A DNA stretch of 46,031 nucleotides, taken from NCBI GenBank assembly GCA_038215615.1, contig JBBQQR010000017.1:1-46031 (forward strand). Direction: 5' to 3'. The notes under the pieces were generated by a model, which was given only the letters and a program-made list of their open reading frames with translations, had not been told where the DNA came from and ran no database searches. Below, piece after piece: positions 18,233-31,064 of this stretch. The stretch is from Vulcanimicrobiales bacterium. Lineage in GTDB: Bacteria > Vulcanimicrobiota > Vulcanimicrobiia > Vulcanimicrobiales > Vulcanimicrobiaceae. Position 1 is the first letter of the stretch, and the number at the start of each line of letters is the position of its first letter. The position numbers were made by a program, and so were the translations under genes.

Positions 18233-19137
18233 AGAGCCGCCTTCACCTCGTAGCGGGCCTCTCCCCGCCGCTCCTCGCGTATGAAAATAGCGATGGCGCC
18301 CAGTACGAGCAAGCCTCCGCCCAGCGCGATCGCGCTCAGCCGTTCGCCGAAGATCGCAAGCGCCAGCAGCGCGGCGACGATCGGTTCGACCAGTGTGGAG
18401 AACGCAACCGCGCTTGCACTGAACCAGCGCAGCGCCGAGTTCATGGCGGTGTGGCCCAACAGCTGCGAGATCAGCGCCATCGCGAGGATGCCGCCCCAAG
18501 CGGCGGTGTTGCTCAAAGGCGGCGGCGCCTGGTGTGCTGCGGCAGCGGCCGCGATCAGGACGACGGCGGCCCACGTATAGGTTTGCGTTACGATGGCGCG
18601 CGTTCCGAACGACGCGCGAATTTCGCGTATTAGAATGAAGTAGGCCGCGATCCCGATGGCTCCCGTGACCGCCAACGCGGCTCCCAAAACCCCATGTCGT
18701 GGAACGGGCGGCGGCGCGATGCTGAAACCGACGACCATGACAAGTCCCGCCGCAGCGGCGCCGAAACTCAAGAAAGCAAGCGCCGAAAGCCGCAGGCCGC
18801 GCGCGAACGCGTCGTAAGCCGCCGTCCAGATCGGAGTCGTCGCAACCAGGAGCGTCGAGATCGCGACGCTCGTGTATTGCAGCGACCAGATCCACGCCGC
18901 GAAGTGAATCGCGAGCGCAAGCCCGGCGAGTGCGAATATGAGGCGGTCGCGACGAAAGAGCGCCGTGCGTTCCCGCGGTCGGCGAATGGCCGCCAGCGCG
19001 AGCAGCGCGACCGCCGCTATCGTCAATCGCGACGCCGATACCGCCAGCGGTCCGGCGCCGGTCAGCGCGAAGCGCGCAAAGATCGCGGCCGAGCCTACCG
19101 CGATCTGCGCGACGATCAGTGTGAAGTATGGGCGCAC
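18229..19137 (-). CDS. DMT/EamA family transporter
   Basis: LAIHFAAWIWSLQYTSVA, SQLLGHTAMN, VEPIVAALLA...GE. Start GTG 19137. Confidence 0.9.
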   Translation of the reverse strand: MRPYFTLIVAQIAVGSAAIFARFALTGAGPLAVSASRLTIAAVALLALAAIRRPRERTALFRRDRLIFALAGLALAIHFAAWIWSLQYTSVAISTLLVATTPIWTAAYDAFARGLRLSALAFLSFGAAAAGLVMVVGFSIAPPPVPRHGVLGAALAVTGAIGIAAYFILIREIRASFGTRAIVTQTYTWAAVVLIAAAAAAHQAPPPLSNTAAWGGILAMALISQLLGHTAMNSALRWFSASAVAFSTLVEPIVAALLALAIFGERLSAIALGGGLLVLGAIAIFIREERRGEARYEVKAAL

Positions 19138-19142
19138 CTTTC

Positions 19143-19149
19143 TATTATA
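19143..19149. promoter_or_regulatory. Overlapping -10 elements (TATAAT minus, TATTAT plus)
   Basis: TATTATA core; the minus-strand TATAAT sits 6 nt before the EamA GTG (leaderless geometry). Confidence 0.55.
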
Positions 19150-19183
19150 CGGGGGAATCGCCGTCCGTTTCCGGTAGTCGTAG

Positions 19184-22186
<3,003 letters not shown>

Positions 22187-22187
22187 T

Positions 22188-22664
22188 ATGAAACCGTGCG
22201 CCGTTATTTTCGATCGCGACGGGACGCTGATCGAAAACGTGCCCTACAATGGCGATCCGGAAGCGGTCCGGCCGTTTCCGGGCGCGCGCGAGGCGCTCGA
22301 AAAACTCCGCGCGCGAAAGATTCCGCTGGGCGTGGTTTCCAATCAGAGCGGCATCAGCCGAGGATACTTTACGCGCGAACAGGCCGAGTCGGTGAACCGG
22401 CGGGTAACGGATCTGCTCGGCCCATTCGACGTCTGGCTCTACTGCCCGCATCAGCCCAACGACGAGTGCGAATGCCGCAAGCCCAAACCCAAGCTCATCT
22501 TGGATGCGGCGCGCGCGCTTGGCGTCGAGCCGGAATGCTGCGTCATGGTTGGGGACTTGCCCAGCGACTTGGAAGCGGCGCTCAACGCCGGCGCGCGGCC
22601 GATTGCGATCGATGCGAACCGATCGTTAGTTGCGGCTATCGACGAGATTCTTGCGTCGCTCTAA
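22188..22664 (+). CDS. HAD IIIA phosphatase (GmhB/HisB-N-like)
   Basis: DRDGT, VSNQSG, CPH...CECRKP, MVGD...D. Confidence 0.9.
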   Translation: MKPCAVIFDRDGTLIENVPYNGDPEAVRPFPGAREALEKLRARKIPLGVVSNQSGISRGYFTREQAESVNRRVTDLLGPFDVWLYCPHQPNDECECRKPKPKLILDAARALGVEPECCVMVGDLPSDLEAALNAGARPIAIDANRSLVAAIDEILASL

Positions 22665-22665
22665 T

Positions 22666-23319
22666 TTAGCGGCGCGGGGCGGACCAGTACTGCACGTCGG
22701 GTGACCCATAGGTCACCTGCACTCTGGCAACGGCAGGCGTCGTTTGCATGTGAACTGCGTGCCTCACACGGTTCCACGCGCTCATGACTTTGACGACATA
22801 GTGCTGCGTTTCGTAGTACGGCGGAATGCCGCCGGCATCCGAGACGGCTTTAGGTCCGGCGTTGTATGCGGCGAACGCCAGCGAGTAACGGTGCGGGCTG
22901 TTTTGATATTTTGCCAGCAGGCCGCCGAGATAATGCGCCGAGCCTTGTAAGTTCTGGTACGGGTCGCGCGGATTGACGTGCAACGTACGGGCGGTGGCCG
23001 GCATCAGCTGGCCCAAACCGATCGCTCCCGCGTAAGAGCGCGCGTGCGTGCGCCAGGACGATTCGACGCTGACGAGCGCCACCAAAATATTTGCGTCGAC
23101 GCGCCAGCGGATCGAGCTTTGCAGAACTTTCTTGGCGAGTTTCGAGCTTTGCCACACCGGAAGATGAGGATTAATTTTGCGCAGCACGCGCGCATAAGCG
23201 CTGACCGCAGCCGGGTTCCCCGGAAGCATCGCGGGAGCGGCCGAGGCGGTCTGTATCCCAACCCGGGCAAGGCACAATGCCAAAATCGCCCCGGCTATGA
23301 AAGCGGTGAGTCTGCGCAT
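22666..23319 (-). CDS. Secreted lytic transglycosylase (SLT domain)
   Basis: VES catalytic Glu, GLGQLMP, AAYNAGP, ETQHYV; signal peptide from ATG 23319. Confidence 0.9.
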   Translation of the reverse strand: MRRLTAFIAGAILALCLARVGIQTASAAPAMLPGNPAAVSAYARVLRKINPHLPVWQSSKLAKKVLQSSIRWRVDANILVALVSVESSWRTHARSYAGAIGLGQLMPATARTLHVNPRDPYQNLQGSAHYLGGLLAKYQNSPHRYSLAFAAYNAGPKAVSDAGGIPPYYETQHYVVKVMSAWNRVRHAVHMQTTPAVARVQVTYGSPDVQYWSAPRR

Positions 23320-23407
23320 CCCCCCCAATACGAATGAAGGGTGGCTCTCCCTCTCGCGCAGGACCCCCCTGCTAGCAAATCCTTACAATAACCGAACACG
23401 CCCCCTC

Positions 23408-23548
23408 GTGAGCCGTCGCCGCTGGTTGTATGTTCTCGTCCTACTTTTCGCAGTGATGTGCGGGATGATCGCCTTCAGCGAGTGGTGGGCCTACAATAAG
23501 AACGTTCCGTATTACGAGCACGTAGGGAAAACCCACACAGCGCACTAA
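23408..23548 (+). CDS. Small single-TM protein (46 aa)
   Basis: GTG start: MSRRRWLYVLVLLFAVMCGMIAFSEWWAYNKNVPYYEHVGKTHTAH; TACAAT at 23384-23389. Confidence 0.55.
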   Translation: MSRRRWLYVLVLLFAVMCGMIAFSEWWAYNKNVPYYEHVGKTHTAH

Positions 23549-23557
23549 AGCGCGCTC

Positions 23558-26500
23558 ATGTTGCGACGCATCTCGTTACTCTGTTTTTTTGCGCTTTTTG
23601 CCCTCGCTTTTGCGCCGCTAGCAGCGCGCGCGCAGGCTACTCCGACACCGGCTCCGCGGCCCGCTTCGACGGGTGAGCCGAAGCCACAGGCTCCGAGTCC
23701 GAGCCCTTCGCCGACGCCGGGGCCGCCGTTTTCCAACATGAACTGGCGGGAGATAGGGCCGGCCCTTCCCGGCGGGCGAGTCGCAGCCGTGGCCGGATCC
23801 CAGCGCGATGTCAACTTGTACTATTTGGGAGCCGCAGGCGGCGGAGTTTGGAAATCCACCGATGGCGCCGAGACATGGTCGCCGGTTTTCGAGAAGCAAA
23901 AAGTTTCCGCGATCGGCGCGGTTGCGATCGATCCCACCAATGACGACGTTGTCTGGGTCGGGACGGGCGAATCCAACCCGCGTCAAAACGTCAGTTACGG
24001 CGACGGCGTATATAAGTCGACCGACGCCGGCAAGACGTGGACCAACGTCGGCCTCGCGCTGACGCGCCACATCTCCCGCATCCTGATCGACCCGCGCAAC
24101 CCGAACCACGTTATCGTCGGCGCGCTGGGCGACGTCTTCGGCCCCAATGAGAATCGCGGCGTCTACGTTACCGAAGACGGCGGCAAGACGTGGAGCAAAA
24201 CGCTCTACGTCAGCGACCAAAGCGGCGTTTCGGATATGGCGATGGACATGCAGCACCCCAACGTGGTCTACGCAGGCATGTGGCACTTCTTGCGGCAGCC
24301 GTGGACCTTCACGAGCGGAGGCCCCGACGACGGCCTTTATCGTTCGAGCGACGGCGGGCTCACATGGTCGAAACTTACCGGCTCCGCAAAGGGCTTGCCC
24401 ACCGGGATCACCGGCCGCATCGGGTTAGCCGTAGCGCCGAGCGACGGCAACCGCGTCTATGCGATCATCGAATCGGGCGACGGCATTCTGTGGCGCTCCG
24501 ACGACGCCGGTTCGACCTGGGCGATGGTCAGCAGCGACACGCTCGTCGACCAGCGGCCATTCTATTTCACGCATCTGATCGTCGATCCAAAGAACGCCGA
24601 CAAAGTGTATGCTATTTCGGAATTTTTGGCAGTTTCAACCGACGGGGGCAAGAAATTCAAAGAAACTGCGCAACAAGTGCACGTAGACTATCACGCGATG
24701 TGGATCGCGCCCGATAATCCGAACCGCGCCATCATCGGCGCCGACGGCGGCATCGCGCGCACCGTGGACGGCGGTGACAACTGGTTCTTCGATCGCAACA
24801 TTCCCATTGGTCAGGTCTATCACATCGCCACGTCGACCGAAAATCCGTATTGGATCTGCGGAGGCTGGCAAGACAATAACGGATGGTGCGGCCCGTCCAA
24901 TTCGCTCGATCCGTCGGGCATTCTGAACAAGAATTGGATCGGAGCGGTCGGCGGCGACGGAATGTGGGTCGTCCCGGATCCCGCGGATCCGAATTGGATT
25001 TGGGGTGATTCCGAAAACGGCTTTCTCACCATCTACAACAAGGTCACCAAAGATACGATCTTTGCGACGCCCTATTTGCAGAACTCGATCGAAGGCTACG
25101 ATCTTTCAAAGAGCAAGTATCGCTACAATTGGGATTCGCCGATCGCCTTTGCGCCCTGGAATCCACACATCGGCTGGCTAGGTGGGAACGTCGTATTTCA
25201 AACGACCGACCGCGGCCGGCATTGGACGATCATCAGTCCGGACCTCACGCTTAACGATAAATCGCACCAGCAGCCCAGCGGCGGTCCCCTGGTGCACGAC
25301 GTTTCGGGCGCGGAATACTCCGACAACATCATGTATATGGAAGGCTCGACGCTTCACAAAGGCGAGCTCTGGGTCGGGACCGACGACGGCCTTGTGCAAA
25401 TGACGCTCAACGGCGGCAAGTCGTGGCGCAATGTCACGCCGACCGGCGTTCCACCGTACGGCCGCGTCGAGACTGTCGCGCCGTCGACATTGCACGACGG
25501 AACGGTCTTTGTGAACATCGACCGGCACAAGTCCGGCGATTTCAAACCCTACGTTTTTATGTCGAACGATTTCGGCAAGACGTGGACGTCGATCGTCAAT
25601 AATCTGCCCGCCGATCAATACATGCGGTCGGTCCGCCAAGATATCCACGACGGCAACATCTTGTATGCGGGCACGGAGAACGGCGTTTGGATCTCATTTG
25701 ACGACGGCAAATCTTGGCAAGACTTCCGCAATAACATTCCTGCTGTCTCGGTGCGAGAAATTCGCTTCCAGCCGCAGTTCGACGACCTGGTCATCGCGAC
25801 GCACGGGCGCTCTATCTACGTGATGGACGACATGCGGATCATCCAGCAACTGCAGCGCGCGATTTCCCAGGGGGCCCTTGTGGTGGGGCCGCGCACGGCT
25901 TACGAATATACACTGCATTCGGACGACGAGGGAACCTACACTGATTACACCGGTGCGAATCCGCCGTACGGCGCCGTGACGTACTTCTATCAGAAGACGC
26001 CCGGCAAAACGGCGCCCGTCATCCAAATTCTTAATGCGTCGGGTCAAGTGATTCGGACGATAAAAGGATCGCGCAAGGACAACGCCGGGAAAGAGACTGC
26101 GCGCGTCACCAATAAGGCCGGCATCAACCGGTACGCGTGGGATTTCCAAATTGACGGGCCGGTCAAGTGGCTCGGCGCGGCTAAGGTTTCCTACCAAGGG
26201 CCCGATGAAGGCGCGGTCGTTCCGCCCGGACGCTACGCCGTTCGCCTGACGGTCGGAGGAAAGACGTTTACCGAGCCGTTCACCGTTAAACCCGATCCGC
26301 ACTCCAAGTTCACGCAACGGGAGTACGAGCAGAGCTACGCGTTCGTCAAGAAGTACTTTCGCGAGTTCTCTACGGTCGATACGATGCTGAACAACCTCGA
26401 CGACGTTAAGAAGCAGCTCGATGCAATCAATGCGGATCCGAAAACCAAAGCCAGTGCCGCTTTGCAACAGCAGGTTACCGCGGCGATGGACGCGCGCGAC

Positions 26501-26782
26501 ACGCTATTCCACCAGTTGACCGCCGACTATCATAACGATGAAGACGGCATCCAGAAGTCCGGCGAGCTGCGCGAAGACATTCAGAGCGCAGGGTTCTTCG
26601 GGACCTTCTTGATCACTCCGGCGATTTCGCAGTATGGGAATCGGATGGACGTTGAATACGCGCAGGGTGTCGGCCATTATGACTCGTTCGTGCGAACTAC
26701 GATTCCGGCGCTGAATGCCGCGCTTACCACAGCCGGCCTAAAGGCCATCACAGGAGCCACGCCGGTTGCAGCCGGCATGTAA
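23558..26782 (+). CDS. Secreted VPS10/BNR (Asp-box) repeat beta-propeller protein, paralog 1
   Basis: Many SxDxGxTW Asp-boxes, WREIGP, GTGESNPR, IATHGRS; signal peptide. Confidence 0.9.
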   Translation: MLRRISLLCFFALFALAFAPLAARAQATPTPAPRPASTGEPKPQAPSPSPSPTPGPPFSNMNWREIGPALPGGRVAAVAGSQRDVNLYYLGAAGGGVWKSTDGAETWSPVFEKQKVSAIGAVAIDPTNDDVVWVGTGESNPRQNVSYGDGVYKSTDAGKTWTNVGLALTRHISRILIDPRNPNHVIVGALGDVFGPNENRGVYVTEDGGKTWSKTLYVSDQSGVSDMAMDMQHPNVVYAGMWHFLRQPWTFTSGGPDDGLYRSSDGGLTWSKLTGSAKGLPTGITGRIGLAVAPSDGNRVYAIIESGDGILWRSDDAGSTWAMVSSDTLVDQRPFYFTHLIVDPKNADKVYAISEFLAVSTDGGKKFKETAQQVHVDYHAMWIAPDNPNRAIIGADGGIARTVDGGDNWFFDRNIPIGQVYHIATSTENPYWICGGWQDNNGWCGPSNSLDPSGILNKNWIGAVGGDGMWVVPDPADPNWIWGDSENGFLTIYNKVTKDTIFATPYLQNSIEGYDLSKSKYRYNWDSPIAFAPWNPHIGWLGGNVVFQTTDRGRHWTIISPDLTLNDKSHQQPSGGPLVHDVSGAEYSDNIMYMEGSTLHKGELWVGTDDGLVQMTLNGGKSWRNVTPTGVPPYGRVETVAPSTLHDGTVFVNIDRHKSGDFKPYVFMSNDFGKTWTSIVNNLPADQYMRSVRQDIHDGNILYAGTENGVWISFDDGKSWQDFRNNIPAVSVREIRFQPQFDDLVIATHGRSIYVMDDMRIIQQLQRAISQGALVVGPRTAYEYTLHSDDEGTYTDYTGANPPYGAVTYFYQKTPGKTAPVIQILNASGQVIRTIKGSRKDNAGKETARVTNKAGINRYAWDFQIDGPVKWLGAAKVSYQGPDEGAVVPPGRYAVRLTVGGKTFTEPFTVKPDPHSKFTQREYEQSYAFVKKYFREFSTVDTMLNNLDDVKKQLDAINADPKTKASAALQQQVTAAMDARDTLFHQLTADYHNDEDGIQKSGELREDIQSAGFFGTFLITPAISQYGNRMDVEYAQGVGHYDSFVRTTIPALNAALTTAGLKAITGATPVAAGM

Positions 26783-26796
26783 TCTAGGGAGATAAC

Positions 26797-29700
26797 ATGG
26801 GCATGTCACGTCTTCTTGCAATTGTGTTTGCGCTGTCTTTCGTGCAGCTCGCCGTCGCGCAAGGCGCGACCGATCCCGCGTATTCGCATCTCAAATGGCG
26901 CTCGATCGGACCCGCCGTATCGGGCGGGCGCGTGCCGGCGGTCGCCGGAACGGCTGCGGATCCAAATCTCTATTATATCGGCGCCGCGGGCGGCGGCGTC
27001 TGGAAGACCGAGAACGGCGGTGCGACGTGGACGCCGGTCTTCGAAAAGCAGCCGGTCTCGGCGATTGGCGCGGTCACGATCGATCCGACCAACGAAAACA
27101 CCGTCTGGGTTGGAACGGGCGAGTCGAATCCGCGCAACGACGTGAGCTACGGTGACGGCGTGTATAAGTCAACCGACGGCGGCAAGACCTGGACGAACGT
27201 GGGCCTGCGCGAAACGCGGCACATCTCGCGTATCATCGTCGACCCAAGCAATCCGAATCACGTTATCGTCGGAGCGAGCGGCGATCCGTTTCGCGATAGT
27301 ACCGAGCGCGGCGTCTTCGTTACGGAAGACGGCGGCCAAACGTGGGCGAAAACGCTCTACCTCGGGCCGCAAACCGGCGCGTCTGAAGTCGACATGGACC
27401 CCAATCATCCGGCGGTGTTGTACGCCGGCATGTGGCAGTTCCGTCGAGTACCGTGGAATTTTCACAGCGGCGGACCGCAGGACGGTCTCTACAAATCGAT
27501 CGACGGCGGGAAGACGTGGGCGCAATTGACCGGCAATGGTTTGCCGGCCGGTGAGATGGGCCGCATCGCGGTCGCCGTCGCGCCGAACAACAGCAATCGT
27601 GTCTACGCCGTCATCGAGGCAAAGGGCGGTATACTGTGGCGCAGCGATGACGCGGGCGCGACGTGGGAAATGGTCAGTGACAATACGCTGGTTGATCAGC
27701 GCCCGTTTTATTTCACGCACGTGAGCGTGGATCCGAACAATGCCAACCACCTCTACGGCGTCTCGAACGAACTGGCGGAGAGCCGCGACGGCGGGCGCCA
27801 TTGGCACGCGATCGCCAATCCCGTGCACGTCGACTTCCACGCGATGTGGATCGCGCCGAACAACTCCAGCCGTATGATCGTCGGCGAGGACGGCGGATAC
27901 GCGATAACGGTCGATGGCGGAAAGAACTGGTCGTTTTCGCGCAATATTCCGATCGGCCAGATCTACCACGTCGGCGTTTCCAATGAGAATCCGTACTGGG
28001 TATGCGCGCCGCTGCAAGACAACAACTCGTTTTGCGGGCCTTCGAATTCACGCAACCGCTCCGGCATCTTAGATGACGACTGGCTTAACGTCGTCGGCGG
28101 CGACGGCATGTGGGCGGTTCCGGATCCCGGCAACGGCAACTACATCATGGCCGACTCGCAGACCGGCAACATCAGCGCGTACAGTAAGAAACTCCAAGCG
28201 GGCCGCGGCCTGATACCGTATTACGATTTCGATCGCAATTCGTTTAATCTGGCCGCCCGCAAGTACCGGTTCAACTGGGATTCGCCGATCGCGTTTGCGC
28301 CTTGGAATAACAAGGTGCTGTGGCTCGGCGGCGACGTCGTCTTCCAATCGACCGATCGCGGTCTGCACTGGACGGCGATCAGCCCCGATCTCACCCGCAA
28401 CCTCAAGACGCACCAGATTCCCGCGGGCGGACCGTTGGCGACCGACGTTTCCAGCGCGGAGTTTTCCGACAATCTCCTGTACATCGAGGGTTCGCCGCTG
28501 CGAGCCGGCGAGATCTGGGTGGGGACCGACGACGGACTCGTTCAGATGACGCGCGATGGCGGCAAGCACTGGCGCAACGTGACGCCGACGGGGCCTCCGG
28601 AATTTGCACGGGTTGAAACGGTCGCGCCTTCGCCGATCGTCGCGGGCACGGCTTATGCGATCTTCGACGACCACCGTTCAGGAAATTACGAGCCGTATCT
28701 CTACGTCACGCACAACTACGGGAGCACGTGGACGAAGATCGTCAACGGGCTGCCCGCCGATCAGTACGTGCGTACCGTGCGCCCCGACGGACATAACCGC
28801 AATCTGGTTTTCGCCGGCACCGAGAACGGCTTGTGGGTCTCCTATGACGGCGGCGGCCATTGGAACGACTTCCGGCTGAACATTCCGGCGGTGTCCGTAC
28901 GCGACATCCGCGAACAGTCGAACTTCAACGACTTGGCGATTGCGACGCACGGCCGTGCGCTGTGGATCTTTGACGACTTGACGTCGCTCCAGCAACTTCC
29001 GCAAGCGCAAAGCCAAGGAGCGATGCTTTTCAAACCGCGCACCGCTTATCAATACATCTTTCACTCCAACGATGAGGGGCTCTACACGCGGTTCAGCGGT
29101 GATAATCCGCCCAACGGCGCGATTGTCGATTACTATTTGAGCGCGCCCGGAAAGACGGCGCCGACTCTTGAGATTCTGGACTCCAAAGGCCGAGTGATCC
29201 GTCACATCCGTCCGCCGGTACGTCCGGCGGCAGCCGCCGGCGCGGAAGGCGACGTGCCGGTCTTTTTCGGCGGCGGGGGCGGCCCGAGCAACAACGCCGG
29301 CATCAACCGCGTCACGTGGAATTTCCGCGAGGACGGCGTGACGCAGTGGACCGGCAACCCGCAGTTGCCCGCAGGCGGCGGCGGCGGCGGCGGAGCCGCG
29401 GCGCTCGGCATTGCGGTGGTGCCCGGAACATATTCGGTGCGCACGACGCTCGGCGGCCGGACGTTCACGCAAAGCTTCGAGGTCAAGAAAGATCCGTTGA
29501 ATCCGTTCTCGCAGGCGGACTTTCTCTCGGCCTATCAGTTCGGCAAGAAGTATCTAGGCATTTCCGGCAAGATCAACACCGTACTCAATAACTTGGACGC
29601 CCAGAAAAAGTCGCTCGGCGACGCAGCGGCGGCCCTGCAGAAGAGCGGCAACACCGAGCTGCTCGCACGCGTCACCGCTGCACAGGCGGCTCGCGATGCC

Positions 29701-29970
29701 ATCTTCAGCACGTTCACGGCCAACTACAAAAACGGCGAAGACTCGCTGCAATGGCCGGGTGCGCTGCGCGAAGATCTTCCGCGCGGAGGTTTCGGCGGCG
29801 GCAGTCCGCCGACGCCGGCCGTGCTGGAGTATGCAGGCCGCTACGACCGCGAGTTCGGGGCCGCGATGGCACGCTACAACGGCTTTGTCAGCGGAACGCT
29901 CGTGCCGCTTTCGGATGCCCTAAAAGCTGCCGGCGCCGGGATGATCGCGGGCGCAGCGCAAGTGCACTGA
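26797..29970 (+). CDS. Secreted VPS10/BNR (Asp-box) repeat beta-propeller protein, paralog 2
   Basis: Collinear with paralog 1 (WRSIGP, GTGESNPRNDVSYGDG, DQRPFYF, IATHGRA); AGGGAG SD. Confidence 0.9.
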   Translation: MGMSRLLAIVFALSFVQLAVAQGATDPAYSHLKWRSIGPAVSGGRVPAVAGTAADPNLYYIGAAGGGVWKTENGGATWTPVFEKQPVSAIGAVTIDPTNENTVWVGTGESNPRNDVSYGDGVYKSTDGGKTWTNVGLRETRHISRIIVDPSNPNHVIVGASGDPFRDSTERGVFVTEDGGQTWAKTLYLGPQTGASEVDMDPNHPAVLYAGMWQFRRVPWNFHSGGPQDGLYKSIDGGKTWAQLTGNGLPAGEMGRIAVAVAPNNSNRVYAVIEAKGGILWRSDDAGATWEMVSDNTLVDQRPFYFTHVSVDPNNANHLYGVSNELAESRDGGRHWHAIANPVHVDFHAMWIAPNNSSRMIVGEDGGYAITVDGGKNWSFSRNIPIGQIYHVGVSNENPYWVCAPLQDNNSFCGPSNSRNRSGILDDDWLNVVGGDGMWAVPDPGNGNYIMADSQTGNISAYSKKLQAGRGLIPYYDFDRNSFNLAARKYRFNWDSPIAFAPWNNKVLWLGGDVVFQSTDRGLHWTAISPDLTRNLKTHQIPAGGPLATDVSSAEFSDNLLYIEGSPLRAGEIWVGTDDGLVQMTRDGGKHWRNVTPTGPPEFARVETVAPSPIVAGTAYAIFDDHRSGNYEPYLYVTHNYGSTWTKIVNGLPADQYVRTVRPDGHNRNLVFAGTENGLWVSYDGGGHWNDFRLNIPAVSVRDIREQSNFNDLAIATHGRALWIFDDLTSLQQLPQAQSQGAMLFKPRTAYQYIFHSNDEGLYTRFSGDNPPNGAIVDYYLSAPGKTAPTLEILDSKGRVIRHIRPPVRPAAAAGAEGDVPVFFGGGGGPSNNAGINRVTWNFREDGVTQWTGNPQLPAGGGGGGGAAALGIAVVPGTYSVRTTLGGRTFTQSFEVKKDPLNPFSQADFLSAYQFGKKYLGISGKINTVLNNLDAQKKSLGDAAAALQKSGNTELLARVTAAQAARDAIFSTFTANYKNGEDSLQWPGALREDLPRGGFGGGSPPTPAVLEYAGRYDREFGAAMARYNGFVSGTLVPLSDALKAAGAGMIAGAAQVH

Positions 29971-31064
29971 TGTGCAACGGCGTCTCCCGCGGCTGGTTTT
30001 TGGCCGCCGCGGGAGCGGCCGCTCTTCCGCTGACTATTATACCGGCAGCCGCGGCGGAGCTGCCCGCGGTTCCGCCAGGTCTGAGTGAAGGCAACGCGCG
30101 CGCGGCGCAAGTCGCGCGAACGTCGCATTTCATTCGGACGCAGTATGCCGGCGCATTGCAGCTGGCGCGCTCGATCGGGGATGCGCATTTGCATTCCGAT
30201 GTTTTGGGCTTGCTCGCAAACCCCGTGCCTACGTACGCGCGAAAGTACCGCACAGCCGCGCAGCGATTGGCTCTGCGTGACGAGTTGGCGGCCGCTGGTT
30301 TCATTAAGCCCGACGATCCCGTCGTGGGCATTTTCCCGCCCGGCGCCGATGGCGATGCGGCGGTGCAACCGTTTTGGAGCGCGCCGGGAAGCGCGTACGA
30401 TTCGCATCACAGCTATCCGGGCGGCTTGCTCGTGCACGAACTCTTTAATGCACGCATGGCCGATTACTTTGCGAAAAACTATGACGCGATATACTTCGCG
30501 GGCCGCCCTCAGATCGACCGCGACCTGGTTATCGCAGCGGCCTTTTACCACGACATCATGAAAACGGTCGTCTTTCAATTTAATCCCGACGGCTCGCTGC
30601 TGCCGGAGCTGCAAATTGCAGGTACGGGCGGACATCATTGCCTTTCGGGCGCCGAAGCGATCGTACGCGGGCACGATGCACGGTTCGTTACGGTGTTGTT
30701 GAGCGCGCATGCCGCACCGTCGCTCGGCGATGAAGCCAAGGTTGCGCAATGGTGCCGCGCCTCGGCGATGATCGCGGGCGTCGACCCTGCTGATTACGTT
30801 CCTCCGAAACTTCCACCGATTGAAGCATTTGTCAGCAACTTGAGCGACCACGACTACGTACTGAGCGTGCACGCGATGCAAAAGGTGAGCCCGGTGCTCG
30901 AAACGGTCGCCCCGGCGGCCGGCTATCCGGCTCCCGCGGGGCCTTCCGACGTCCGCTGGTGGCGTCATCGAGTGTTGGCAAATGCCTCTGCGATCGCACT
31001 CTACGAAGACCTGGTCCGCGGGCCGGCGGCATTCATCAACGCGGTCCGCAAAGCGTCGCACTAA
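29970..31064 (+). CDS. Exported HD-superfamily metal-dependent phosphohydrolase
   Basis: HHSYPGGL, FYHDIMK, GHH, DHD; Tat-like N-terminus SRGWFL; TGATG overlap with paralog 2. Confidence 0.75.
   Translation: MCNGVSRGWFLAAAGAAALPLTIIPAAAAELPAVPPGLSEGNARAAQVARTSHFIRTQYAGALQLARSIGDAHLHSDVLGLLANPVPTYARKYRTAAQRLALRDELAAAGFIKPDDPVVGIFPPGADGDAAVQPFWSAPGSAYDSHHSYPGGLLVHELFNARMADYFAKNYDAIYFAGRPQIDRDLVIAAAFYHDIMKTVVFQFNPDGSLLPELQIAGTGGHHCLSGAEAIVRGHDARFVTVLLSAHAAPSLGDEAKVAQWCRASAMIAGVDPADYVPPKLPPIEAFVSNLSDHDYVLSVHAMQKVSPVLETVAPAAGYPAPAGPSDVRWWRHRVLANASAIALYEDLVRGPAAFINAVRKASH

Noticed and set aside
18233..18895. N-terminal extension of aceE (similar extensions occur on sseA, rnd, acnA, the HD protein, and the 33312 and 40403 ORFs)
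   Set aside because: Arg-rich off-frame readings of neighbouring genes; stop-start overlaps or domain boundaries define the real starts.
23800..28900. Recurrent GACGGCGGCAAGACGTGG-like DNA repeats
   Set aside because: These encode Asp-box repeats and reflect the two paralogs; they are not a CRISPR array or ncRNA array.
29374..29394. (GGC)n trinucleotide run
   Set aside because: Encodes an in-frame poly-Gly linker; length changes would not shift the frame, so it is not a phase-variation tract.
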